Shown here: in pieces, positions 8,523 to 19,571 of the stretch
How the letters are laid out: every line of letters begins with the position of its first letter
Position numbering within the stretch: position 1 is the stretch's first letter
Source of the DNA: an uncultured Actinomycetes bacterium
GTDB lineage: Bacteria; Actinomycetota; Thermoleophilia; Gaiellales; JAICJC01
DNA length: 64,000 nt
Assembly: GCA_963695025.1 (NCBI GenBank)
Contig: CAVOFQ010000003.1
Coordinates: forward strand, 1,680,336-1,744,335
Reading direction: 5' to 3'
Translations under genes and position numbers: made by a program
Notes under the pieces: model-generated
Databases searched by the model: none
Told to the model about the DNA's origin: nothing
Seen by the model: the letters and a program-made list of their open reading frames with translations, nothing else

Positions 8523-9073
8523 AGATCGGGCCGCAGTATACCGCCGCCGGCCGGTTCGACGGCCATGCCGCGCCCCGCGGCCAGCCGCTCCAGCACCAGA
8601 GCGGTGTCGGCGATGGAGACGCCGGACAGGTGCTGCTCGCGGGCCGCGAAGTCGGCCACGATCTGCCCCAGCGCCGCCGCGTAGGCCGGTTGGTCGCGGT
8701 CGCCGAGGGCCTGCAGCGCCCGGCCGGTGCGCGCGAACGCGTCACCGGCGGCGAGCATCACCTCCACGTCCGGCCGCTCGTCCAGCGTCACCTGGGCAAG
8801 GGCCCGCAGGTAGGCCGAGGCGGGCGTGTCACCGGGCCCGACCTCGGTCTGCGCGCGGCGGGCGATGGCCTCGGCGCCGTCACCGGCCAGGATCGCCATC
8901 TTGAGGGCACCCAGCAGCCGGCCCCAGCTCGACGGCCCCGTCTCGGCGTGCGATGCCAGATAGGCGTCGCGGGCACGCAGGAGCGCCGGGCCGGCGTCCG
9001 TCCTCGCCAGAAGCGCGCGGTAGGCGTCGGCCTCGGCGGCGAGCGCCGCCTCGAGATGGGTGCCCGCGCTCAT
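8513..9073 (-). CDS. hypothetical protein
   Basis: Track ORF 8513..9151. I start at ATG 9073, which overlaps the DUF2203 gene stop (ATGA). The 3' end overlaps tRNA-Ala by 10 nt. No family recognised. Confidence 0.5.
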   Translation of the reverse strand: MSAGTHLEAALAAEADAYRALLARTDAGPALLRARDAYLASHAETGPSSWGRLLGALKMAILAGDGAEAIARRAQTEVGPGDTPASAYLRALAQVTLDERPDVEVMLAAGDAFARTGRALQALGDRDQPAYAAALGQIVADFAAREQHLSGVSIADTALVLERLAAGRGMAVEPAGGGILRPDLGL

Positions 9074-9477
9074 TCCAGCGGCCGGCGCCCGGCGAAGCCG
9101 TCGGCGGGCGAATGCCAGTGGGCGATCCGCGGCTCGCCCACGTGCCAGCACAGAAGTGCCTCCTGGCCGTCCACCTCGGCCGGGAAGTCGATCAGGCCCC
9201 GGTCCATGTCCTTCACCTGCACACCCTGAGCGGTGAACCGGGCGACGATCTCGTTCAGCTCCGCGTGCGAGGCCTCAACGGTCTCGCGCAGCTCGCGCAC
9301 TTCGGGCCGCTCCATGTTGCCGCCGTTGGAGCCGATCGCGATCACGAGCCGCCGCCAGCGCGACTCCAGATCACGGCTGCGGGCGCGGGCCTCGACCATG
9401 CGCTCCGCCAGGGCGCGCAATTCGGTGTCGAGCAGCTCCTGCGCCTCGGCGAGCGTGAATCGGCGCTCCTGCTCCAC
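9070..9477 (-). CDS. DUF2203 domain protein
   Basis: 135 aa. GVQVKDMDRGLIDFPAEVDGQEALLCWHVGEPRIAHWH matches DUF2203 as I remember it. Confidence 0.65.
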   Translation of the reverse strand: MEQERRFTLAEAQELLDTELRALAERMVEARARSRDLESRWRRLVIAIGSNGGNMERPEVRELRETVEASHAELNEIVARFTAQGVQVKDMDRGLIDFPAEVDGQEALLCWHVGEPRIAHWHSPADGFAGRRPLE

Positions 9478-9486
9478 GCGCCCGGG

Positions 9487-9846
9487 CTACCCGGCCGCGT
9501 ACGTCTCGCTCGGCACCTGGCCCCAGAGTGCCTCGAGCCGGTAGAACGCACGCGCCTCGGGCGTGAACACATGCACGACGACGTCGAGGTAGTCGAGCAG
9601 GATCCAATCCCCCTGCCGGTGCCCCTCGATCCGCCGCGTCGACAGCTGCTCGCGCTTCAGCTCCTCGTGGACGTGCTCGGCGATGCCCTGCGTCTGGCGT
9701 GGATTGCGCCCCGAACAGATGACGAAGTAGTCGGTGTAGGTGACCACTCCACGCATGTCGAGGATGACGATCTCGGTGGCGAGCCTATCGGCAGCCAACG
9801 ATGCCGCGCGATGGGCAAGCTGGATGGTCTCTGTCAGGCGCTCCAC
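9487..9846 (-). CDS. rsfS: ribosomal silencing factor RsfS
   Basis: 119 aa. IVILDMRGVVTYTDYFVICSGRNPRQTQGIAEHV...DWILLDYLDVVVHVFTPEARAFYRLEALW. Confidence 0.9.
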   Translation of the reverse strand: MERLTETIQLAHRAASLAADRLATEIVILDMRGVVTYTDYFVICSGRNPRQTQGIAEHVHEELKREQLSTRRIEGHRQGDWILLDYLDVVVHVFTPEARAFYRLEALWGQVPSETYAAG

Positions 9847-9866
9847 TCCATATCGGCGCGATCAGA

Positions 9867-11976
<2,110 letters not shown>

Positions 11977-11987
<11 letters not shown>

Positions 11988-12537
11988 CGCCCGCGTCCTC
12001 CTTCTTGGCCCGTGTGCGCCGCGGCTTCGGCGCCGGTGTCGCTGCGTCGGCCTTCGCCTTCGGCTTGGGCTTCGGCTTGGCCGCCGCCCGGGGCTTCGCC
12101 GGCGCCTTCGGCTTGGCCGCCGCGGGCGCCTTCGGCTTGGCGGCCGGCGTGGGCTTGGCTGCCGGCTTCTCGACGACCGCCTCGACCGGTGCCTCGGGCT
12201 CGGCCTTGCGGGCGGGTGCCCGCTTCGGCTTGGTGGCCCGGCCGATCGACTCGACCGAGATCCGGGTCAGCTCCGAGCGATGGCCGCGCGTCTTCTTGAA
12301 CCCGCGTTTCGGCTTGAACGTGAAGACCTTGATCTTCTCGCCGCGCAGATGCTCGACCACCGCTACCGAGACCGCGCCCTCGAGCTTGGACCGGTCGGTC
12401 ACGACCTCATCGCCGCCGGTCATGAGCACGACGGGCGCGAACGCCTCGCCCGCGGCATGCGGCTGCCGGTCGACCAGAAGCTTCTGCCCCTGCTCGACGC
12501 GATATTGCTTGCCGCCGACCTTAATAACCGCGTACAT
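11977..12537 (-). CDS. rplU: 50S ribosomal protein L21 with a long Ala/Lys/Pro-rich C-terminal extension
   Basis: The L21 core [23 protein letters not shown]...[25 protein letters not shown] is followed by about 85 aa ([13 protein letters not shown]...[33 protein letters not shown]...). Confidence 0.9.
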
Positions 12538-12575
12538 AAGCCGCGGAATGGTACCAGAGGTGGTTGGCCGCTTCC

Positions 12576-15014
12576 CTACCCCCCGAGGAGCCTCCCGAGG
12601 AGGCCACGCTTGGGCTCACTCCCGAGCCGCTCGCCGTCGTTCTGCGGCGCGGGCGCGGGCGCGGACTCGGGCGTCGGCGCGGGGGTCGTCGGAGGTGGTG
12701 GCGGGGCTGCCGGTGCCTGATCGCCCTCCGAGTCAGAGGCGGCCGTGGCCGATGCCGCCGCGCGGCGGGCGGGGGCCCGCCGGCGTGGCCGCGGAGCCGC
12801 GGCGGGGGCCTCCTCCGGGGCCGCACCGTCGCCGTCGTCGGACGGGCGCGTCGCCGCCGGCTCATCGACGGCCGGAGCGGCTCCGTCGCCGTCCGCCGCT
12901 GCCGCCTTCGAACGACCACGGCCGCCACGCTTGCCGCGCCGGCGGCGGCGGTTGGCCGTGGCCTCCTCGCCACCCTCGGCAGCTGCATCCACCACATCGG
13001 GATCGCCGTTCTCGGACGCGGCGGCACCCTCCTCGGTCGCCGGCTGCTCGGCGGCCGCCTCCGCGGTGGCCTTCTCGGCCGCCGGCTTTGCGCGTGACCG
13101 GCGCCGCTGCTTGGGAGCCGCCGCGGTCTCGTCGGCCGCATCCGCGTCCTTCTCCTCGGTTGCCGCGGCGGTCGCGGTCGCCCGCGGCTTGGCCGGGGTC
13201 TTGCGGCGCGAGCGCGGCCGGCGATCCTCGAGCTCCAGCCGCTCCCCCACCTCGCGCTCGAACTCCGGCAGCTCGTAGTCGTCCGGCTCCGGAGGCGTGT
13301 CCATCGCCGTCGGCTTGGCATCCAGCAACGTCGCGTAGGCGGTCGTGCGGGTGCCCCGGTCGATGCGCACCTTGTGCTGCTGGCCGACGTAGCCGATCGC
13401 CCCTCCGACCACCACGGGGTAGCCGCCGTCGAGGCGGGCGACGCCGTCGGTGACGTTGTACATGTGCGGCTCGGAGATGCGCACGGTGAGCTCGTCGTTG
13501 TCGGCCACCGGCACCGCGGATCCGTTGACCTCGGCACGCGTGCCCTCGAGGATCACGTCGATCTCGCTCAGCGGCATCCGCTCGACCGGCTCGAGCGTGA
13601 AGCGCTTGCCGGTCTCGTTCTCGAGCTCGATCAGCTTCGTCCCGCCCGGCCCGACGAGCCCGGACGCGACCCTCGCGTTCAGCCGCACGAGATAGGCGTC
13701 GGAGCCCGAGGCGCGGGCAAGCTTGCGCAGCCGCCGCTCGGCCTCGACCGCCATCGTCTGCTCGCTCAAGACGACGCCCTCGCCGCCGCAGGTCGGACAG
13801 GTGCGGGTGAGGATCTCGCGCACTCCGGCGGTCACGTTCTGGCGCGTCATCTCGACGAGGCCAAGCGGGGAGATCTCAACCAGATAGGTCTTGGTGCGGT
13901 CGTGCTCGAGCTCGGCCTGGAGCACGTTCAGCACCTCGGTGCGGTTCTTGGCCGAGGCCATATCGATGAAGTCGATCACGATGATGCCGCCGATATCGCG
14001 CAGCCGGAGCTGGCGCATCACCTCCCGCGCCGCCTCGATGTTGTTGCGCGTGATCGTGTCCTCGAGCCGCCCGGAGGAGCCGACGAAGCGGCCGGTGTTG
14101 ACGTCGATGATCGTGAACGCCTCGGCGTAGTCGAAGATCAGGTAGCCGCCCGAGGGCAGGTCGACGCGGCGGTTGAGCGTTGACAGGATCGCCTGGTCGA
14201 CGCCGTAGCGCTCGAAGAGGGGCACAGGGTCGGTGTAGAGCTTGATCCGCTCGACGAACTCGGGCTGGGTGGTGCGCACCCAGCCGAGGATGCGCCGGTA
14301 CTGGCGCTCGGAGTCGACCAGAACCTCGTCCACGTTTCGCGCCAGCAGGTCGCGGATGACCTTCAGTGAGAGGTCTGCCTCGGCGTAGACGAGGCTGCCG
14401 GACTTGGCCGGCTTTGCCCGGGCCTCGACCTGGGCCCACATCTTGTGCAGGAAGCGCAGGTCGCGCTCGAGGTCATCGGCGGTCGCGCCGGCGGCCGCGG
14501 TGCGAACGATGATGCCGCCGTCCTCGCGTTCGAGCGACTTGGCGAGCTTGCGCAGGCGCTCGCGCTCGCCGTCGGGCAGCCGCCGCGAGACGCCGGAGCC
14601 CTCGCCGTGCGGCGACAGCACCAGGAACCGGCCGGCGATCGAGAGCTCCATCGTCACCCGCGGGCCCTTGGTGCCCATCGAGTCCTTGACGACCTGTACC
14701 AGCACCTCTTGGCCGGGCTTCAGGAGCTCGTCGATCTTGCGCCTGCGGCGGGTCTTCGAGTCCTGGCCGGGGACGACGACGTCGTCCACGTACAGGAACC
14801 CGTTGCGGGGCAGCCCGAGGTCGACGAACGCCGCCTCCATGCCGCGCAGGACGTTGTCGATCTTGCCCTTGTAGATGTTGCCGGCCAGCGAGCCCTGGCC
14901 GCGGCGCTCGATCAGCGCCTCGACCGTACGGCCTTCCTCGACCACGGCCACCCGCAGCTCGGACAGGTCGACCGAGATCAGGATTGTCTTTTTTGCGTCA
15001 GAAGTCAGTGTCAC
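12576..15014 (-). CDS. rne: ribonuclease E/G family endoribonuclease with disordered Arg/Ala/Pro/Glu-rich C-terminal region
   Basis: 812 aa. S1 domain ([23 protein letters not shown]) and catalytic core ([11 protein letters not shown]...). GTG start overlaps the stop of the upstream gene (GTGA). Confidence 0.9.
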   Translation of the reverse strand: MTLTSDAKKTILISVDLSELRVAVVEEGRTVEALIERRGQGSLAGNIYKGKIDNVLRGMEAAFVDLGLPRNGFLYVDDVVVPGQDSKTRRRRKIDELLKPGQEVLVQVVKDSMGTKGPRVTMELSIAGRFLVLSPHGEGSGVSRRLPDGERERLRKLAKSLEREDGGIIVRTAAAGATADDLERDLRFLHKMWAQVEARAKPAKSGSLVYAEADLSLKVIRDLLARNVDEVLVDSERQYRRILGWVRTTQPEFVERIKLYTDPVPLFERYGVDQAILSTLNRRVDLPSGGYLIFDYAEAFTIIDVNTGRFVGSSGRLEDTITRNNIEAAREVMRQLRLRDIGGIIVIDFIDMASAKNRTEVLNVLQAELEHDRTKTYLVEISPLGLVEMTRQNVTAGVREILTRTCPTCGGEGVVLSEQTMAVEAERRLRKLARASGSDAYLVRLNARVASGLVGPGGTKLIELENETGKRFTLEPVERMPLSEIDVILEGTRAEVNGSAVPVADNDELTVRISEPHMYNVTDGVARLDGGYPVVVGGAIGYVGQQHKVRIDRGTRTTAYATLLDAKPTAMDTPPEPDDYELPEFEREVGERLELEDRRPRSRRKTPAKPRATATAAATEEKDADAADETAAAPKQRRRSRAKPAAEKATAEAAAEQPATEEGAAASENGDPDVVDAAAEGGEEATANRRRRRGKRGGRGRSKAAAADGDGAAPAVDEPAATRPSDDGDGAAPEEAPAAAPRPRRRAPARRAAASATAASDSEGDQAPAAPPPPPTTPAPTPESAPAPAPQNDGERLGSEPKRGLLGRLLGG

Positions 15015-15658
15015 GTGTGTACTCCCACCGGCTGGGGACGGAGGCGTATCCGCGTCCGCACCAGCTGCTTGATGTTCGCGGTCTGGCCCAAAAGGCCGGC
15101 GACCGCCTGTGCAATCTCATCCGGGCGCGCGGTGCCGGCCTCGGTCATCCGAAGCTCCATCCGCAACAGTCCCGGCTCGTGCTCGATGCTCGAGCAGTAG
15201 CTCCTGACGTCGATCGTCCGGTCGGCCTTGCCGGGGGCGGTTCGCACCACCTCGCAGGAACCGGCCGCCGCGAACGCGGCGAGCGCCCGCGGCCAGTCGA
15301 CGTCGTCCTCCACTTCCACCTCGTATGCCGCACCCTCGACCCGGGCTGCGGCCGTCCGGCCCTCGGCCGGCTCGACGCCCACGACGGTGATGCCGATCGG
15401 AAGCTGAGCGGAAAGCCGCTCTGCCACCTCGGCGGGGTCGGGGTCGTCCACCAGTTCGACGTCGGCCAGATCGGCCAGCGTCCGCACGCCCACCGCTCGC
15501 GGCAGCGCCAGCGAGATCACGGGGCGAGGCTTCATGCCCTTGGAAAGGGCGATGTCGTATCCGGCCCGGCGCAGCGCGCCGAGCAGCGTGTCAACGGTCT
15601 CGAGGTGCGACAGAAAGCGCGCCCGTCCAGCGACCGCAAACGTCAATCGATATGTCAA
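15011..15658 (-). CDS. TIGR03936-family radical-SAM-associated protein (DUF2344)
   Basis: 215 aa. MTYRLTFAVAGRARFLSHLETVDTLLGALRRAGYDIALSKGMKPRPVISLALP. Confidence 0.8.
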   Translation of the reverse strand: MTYRLTFAVAGRARFLSHLETVDTLLGALRRAGYDIALSKGMKPRPVISLALPRAVGVRTLADLADVELVDDPDPAEVAERLSAQLPIGITVVGVEPAEGRTAAARVEGAAYEVEVEDDVDWPRALAAFAAAGSCEVVRTAPGKADRTIDVRSYCSSIEHEPGLLRMELRMTEAGTARPDEIAQAVAGLLGQTANIKQLVRTRIRLRPQPVGVHT

Positions 15659-15711
15659 AGGTCTGTCTCAACTTTCACCATCCAACCAACCGGGGACTGT
15701 CCCCGGTTTGG

Positions 15712-17478
15712 TCAATTCACCAACCTGTTGCGGACGGGGCCGAAGCACGCGCCACAATCGGTGCATCCGTCCCAGCGGCAGTCGCCCGTCGCCACGTCGG
15801 CGCGGCTCTGCCCCCACTCGTCCAGCAGGAACTCCTTGGAGACGCCCGAGCGCACGTGATCCCACGGCAGCTCGTCCCACTCTCCAAACTCTCGCGTGGC
15901 CTGCTCGTCGATGCTCGAGCCGCAGGCCGCGAACGCCGCCTCCCACGCGGCCTCCTGGAACATCTCGCTCCAGGCGTCAAAGCGCGCACCGGATCGCCAG
16001 GCACGCTCGATCACATCTGCCAGATCCTCGCCGCCGCGTGCGAGCGCGCCCTCGAGCATCGAGGTGCGCAGGTCGTGCAGCGAGAGCCGGATCTGGCGGG
16101 TGGGCATCGCCCGGCGCATGTACGCCTGTTTCGCGTCGAGCTGCGCCCGGCTCGACATCCCCTCCCACTGGAAGGGCGTGTGCGGCTTGGGCACGAAGTT
16201 GCTGACGCTCACGTGCACCGAGAAGCGCCCGCCTCCCGGGCGGACGCGGCGGCCGATCTCGCGCGCCCGGATGCCGAGGTCGACGATGCCCTGGACCTCG
16301 GCATGCGTCTCGCGCGGCAGACCGATCATGAAATACAGCTTCAGGCTCGTGTAGCCGGCCTTGAAGGCGGCCTCGATCGCCCGCTCGATCATCTCGCCGG
16401 TGATCGTCTTGCAGATGATGTCGCGCATCCGCTGCGTGGCCGCCTCCGGCGCAAGCGTGATCGAGCTCTGGCGGGCGTTGGCCGCGGCCGTGAGCGCCAC
16501 CGGGCCGGTGTCGACCCGGTTTGACGGAAGCGACAGGTGCAGCGTGGGCATGCGCGACTTGATGCGGTCGATCGCCGGCACGATGCCGGTGTAGTCGCTC
16601 GAGGCGAGCGACGTCAGGGACAGCTCGTCGTAGCCGGTGCAGCGCAGTTGGGCGAGCCCGGCCTCGGCCACCTGATCGGGCGGACGCTCGCGCACCGGCC
16701 GGTACCAGGTGCCGGCGTGGCAGAAGCGGCAGCCGCGGGTGCAGCCGCGCATGACCTCGACCGACGCCCGCGAGAAGATCGCCGACGAGTACGGCACGAC
16801 CACCTCGATCGGGTGCGTCTCGATGCCGAAGTCGGCGTACACGGCCCGTTCGACCGGGTGCCGGCCGCGCTGCGGCATGTACAGGTACGGATTCGGCTCC
16901 AGTGCGGCGAGACGGGCGCTGCGGCCGGGGACGGTCGCGATAACGTCGAGCACGTCGTCGAACGCGCGCTCGGACTCGCCCATGAAGAACGCGTCGAAAA
17001 ACGGTGCCAGCGGGGCCGGATTGGAGGCGCTCGGGCCGCCGGCGACGACGATCGGGTCGCCCTCGCCGCGGTCGGCCGCGCGCAGCGGGATCCCGGCCAG
17101 GTCGAGCACCTCGAGCACGTTGGAGTACGTCAGCTCGGCCTGCAGCGTGATCCCGAGCAGATCGGCCTCACGCACCGGCCGCCACGACTCGAGCGTGAAC
17201 AGCGGCAGGCCCTCGCGCCGCATCGCGTCGGCCATATCGGGCCACGGGCAGTACACCCGCTCGGCCGCCACACCCTCGCGCTTGTTGGTCTGCTGGTAGA
17301 GGATCTGCAGGGCCTGGTTCGAGATCCCGACCTCGTACGCATCGGGATAACAGAGTGCGACGAGCGCGCTCGCCTGCGGCTTTTGCACCTGGTTGGCCTC
17401 GCCGCCGATGTACCGCGACGGCTTCTGCACCGTTTCCAGCACGGCTTCAATTCGGTCTTCGAGCAACGCTCGGCCCAT
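15712..17478 (-). CDS. TIGR03960-family B12-binding-domain radical SAM protein
   Basis: 588 aa. Radical SAM cluster motif CTRGCRFCHAG. Conserved neighbour of the TIGR03936 gene and rne. Confidence 0.85.
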   Translation of the reverse strand: MGRALLEDRIEAVLETVQKPSRYIGGEANQVQKPQASALVALCYPDAYEVGISNQALQILYQQTNKREGVAAERVYCPWPDMADAMRREGLPLFTLESWRPVREADLLGITLQAELTYSNVLEVLDLAGIPLRAADRGEGDPIVVAGGPSASNPAPLAPFFDAFFMGESERAFDDVLDVIATVPGRSARLAALEPNPYLYMPQRGRHPVERAVYADFGIETHPIEVVVPYSSAIFSRASVEVMRGCTRGCRFCHAGTWYRPVRERPPDQVAEAGLAQLRCTGYDELSLTSLASSDYTGIVPAIDRIKSRMPTLHLSLPSNRVDTGPVALTAAANARQSSITLAPEAATQRMRDIICKTITGEMIERAIEAAFKAGYTSLKLYFMIGLPRETHAEVQGIVDLGIRAREIGRRVRPGGGRFSVHVSVSNFVPKPHTPFQWEGMSSRAQLDAKQAYMRRAMPTRQIRLSLHDLRTSMLEGALARGGEDLADVIERAWRSGARFDAWSEMFQEAAWEAAFAACGSSIDEQATREFGEWDELPWDHVRSGVSKEFLLDEWGQSRADVATGDCRWDGCTDCGACFGPVRNRLVN

Positions 17479-17526
17479 AACCGGGATGGTAGACGACCGG
17501 GTGGCGGCGCCAGGGATCCCCCGTTT

Positions 17527-18390
17527 TCAGGTGCGCACGCGCTCCGCCAGCGCGCGCAGGTGGGTGACGTCGGCCACCGCCCCGCGCTCGAAGTACTCGA
17601 CGGCCGCGCGGCCGAGCGCGCGCGTACCGCTGTAGGCCACGCCGCCCTTGACCACCCAGCCGGCCAGCGGGACGACGTCCAGGAGCTCGCGGGCGGCGGA
17701 GCGCAGGCCGAAGCCCGCCCCGAGGATGCCGAGCAGCTCGACCGCGCGGTCGGCGTTGACACCGACCCCGTGGCAGACGCCGATCTGGAGCACCATGCGC
17801 ATGTCGACCGCCGTCAGGAGCGGCATGTCGGCACCCGGGATCCACACCGCCGTTGCGATCACGCCGTTGCGCCGCGCCGCCGTCTCGATCACGCGCTCGA
17901 CGACGTGCGGCCGCAGCGCCGGAATCCTGGCCGCGAGCGCCGGTCCGGACACACCGCTGCGCTCGGCGATCCGCCGCAGCACCGCCTTCTGCGGGAACCG
18001 GCCGCGCTTCACCGCCAGCACCGCATCGGGCTCGATGCCGCGCACACGCGCGGCCTCGACCGCCGCGTCCATGGGCATCTCGACACCCTCGAGCACCACC
18101 AGGACCGGGCGGGTGAGCCGGCCGACGACCTCGAGGTCGGACCGCGTCTCGTCGTCGAGCGTGTGCGTGACGTCGCCGCCGTAGATGACGACGGCGGCCC
18201 GCCCCAGCTGGTCGCGGTCATCGGGCCGTAGCCTGCGCACCGCATAGGCCTCGACCCCCGGGGTGAGGCCCGGCCCACCGCCCACGAGCGCCGATCGCAC
18301 CTGCTCGACCGGGCTCGAGCGCCCGCACAGCATGATCGGGCCGACGCCGTGAGAGGCCTCGGCCACCTCCTTCAGCGCCTTTTGCACCAT
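17527..18390 (-). CDS. DUF697-like protein
   Basis: Lower part of artefactual track ORF 17527..19647. Start ATG 18390 (MVQKALKEVAEASHGV...). The C-terminal part WIPGADMPLLTAVDMRMVLQIGVCHGV...VVPLAGWVVKGGVAYSGTRALGRAAVEYF resembles DUF697. Confidence 0.55.
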   Translation of the reverse strand: MVQKALKEVAEASHGVGPIMLCGRSSPVEQVRSALVGGGPGLTPGVEAYAVRRLRPDDRDQLGRAAVVIYGGDVTHTLDDETRSDLEVVGRLTRPVLVVLEGVEMPMDAAVEAARVRGIEPDAVLAVKRGRFPQKAVLRRIAERSGVSGPALAARIPALRPHVVERVIETAARRNGVIATAVWIPGADMPLLTAVDMRMVLQIGVCHGVGVNADRAVELLGILGAGFGLRSAARELLDVVPLAGWVVKGGVAYSGTRALGRAAVEYFERGAVADVTHLRALAERVRT

Positions 18391-18416
18391 GGTCGCGGAT
18401 CCGACCGCGAACGTTC

Positions 18417-19571
18417 TCACCGCGCGTACACCGGCTCGTCGGCGGTCTGCGAGTGGACGTGGATCGCCTGCAGCACCCCGATCGCGAGCAGGTTCGTGAT
18501 CGTGTGCGACCCGCCGAAGCTCATGAACGGCAGCGGGATGCCGGTGACCGGCGCAAGGCCGATGGTCATACCGATGTTGATGAAGATCTGGAAGAGGAGC
18601 ATCGACACGACTCCCGCGGCGACCAGGCTGCCGAAGGTGGAGCGCGACTTCGTGATCACCTTGAGCCCACGCCACAGGAGCAGCGCGTAGAGGCTGATGA
18701 GCCAGGCCGCGCCGACGAATCCGCGCTCCTCCCCCACCACCGCGAACACGAAGTCGGTGGGCGCCTCGGGCAGGAAGCCGAGCGACGTCTGGGTGGCACC
18801 GGTCTGCGGCTGACCCGGGATCGACTGGCCGGTCCCGGTCCCGCCCACGCCGCCGAGCTGGACCGCGATCACCGACTGGCGCACCTGGAACCCGCTGCCC
18901 TGCGTGTCGTTGGGGTTGGGATGCAGGAACTCCGTCAGGCGCGACATCTGGTAGCCGTGCACCACCTCGACGCCCATCCCGGGCAGGATCGAGAGCACCA
19001 GCGCACCCACCACGCCCACGGCCAGCGCCATCCACACGAAGTGCTGCCAGGGGATGCCGTACACGAACAGCATCCCGAGCATGATCGCGAGGTACACCAG
19101 CGTCGTGCCGAAGTCCGGCTCCTTGAACACCAGCATCGCCGGGATCAGGATGTAGGCGATCGCAAGCAGCGTCAGCCGCGCGGGGCCGGTCACGCCTCGG
19201 CGCGACGCCAGCACGGCCGCGAGGCCGACGATCAGGAGCAGCTTTGCGAACTCGGACGGCTGCAGCTGGAAGGCGCCCAGGTTGATCCAGCGCCGGCCGC
19301 CGCCGACCGAGGTGCCGATCGCGAGCACGGCCGCGGTGCTGAGAATCACGAAGGCATACAGCGGCCAGCGCACCCGCCGCATGAGCGCCGGCGGCACCGC
19401 GGCGACCACCATCATGGCGACCGTGCCGACCGCCACGTACACCAGCTGGTGGCCGTAGAGGTTGCCGGCGTAGCTCTGGGTCGCGGTGCGCATGATCCAG
19501 AGGCCGAAGGCCGAGATCGAGAGCACGGTCGCGAGCATGAGGTAGTCGAGATGGCGCAGGTAGTGGGTCAT
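18417..19571 (-). CDS. rodA: rod shape-determining protein RodA (FtsW/RodA/SpoVE family)
   Basis: Track ORF 18417..19742. ATG 19571 (MTHYLRHLDYLMLATVLSISAFG) overlaps the mrdA stop (ATGA). Polytopic membrane protein with ...GIPLPFMSFGGSHTITNLLAIGVLQ. Confidence 0.9.
   Translation of the reverse strand: MTHYLRHLDYLMLATVLSISAFGLWIMRTATQSYAGNLYGHQLVYVAVGTVAMMVVAAVPPALMRRVRWPLYAFVILSTAAVLAIGTSVGGGRRWINLGAFQLQPSEFAKLLLIVGLAAVLASRRGVTGPARLTLLAIAYILIPAMLVFKEPDFGTTLVYLAIMLGMLFVYGIPWQHFVWMALAVGVVGALVLSILPGMGVEVVHGYQMSRLTEFLHPNPNDTQGSGFQVRQSVIAVQLGGVGGTGTGQSIPGQPQTGATQTSLGFLPEAPTDFVFAVVGEERGFVGAAWLISLYALLLWRGLKVITKSRSTFGSLVAAGVVSMLLFQIFINIGMTIGLAPVTGIPLPFMSFGGSHTITNLLAIGVLQAIHVHSQTADEPVYAR

Noticed and set aside
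12030-12200. Tandem-looking GCCTTCGGCTTGGC-type DNA repeats; considered as a CRISPR or VNTR.
   Set aside because: They lie inside rplU and simply encode the AKP-rich tail. There are no spacers and no cas genes. No CRISPR-like array was seen anywhere in the window.
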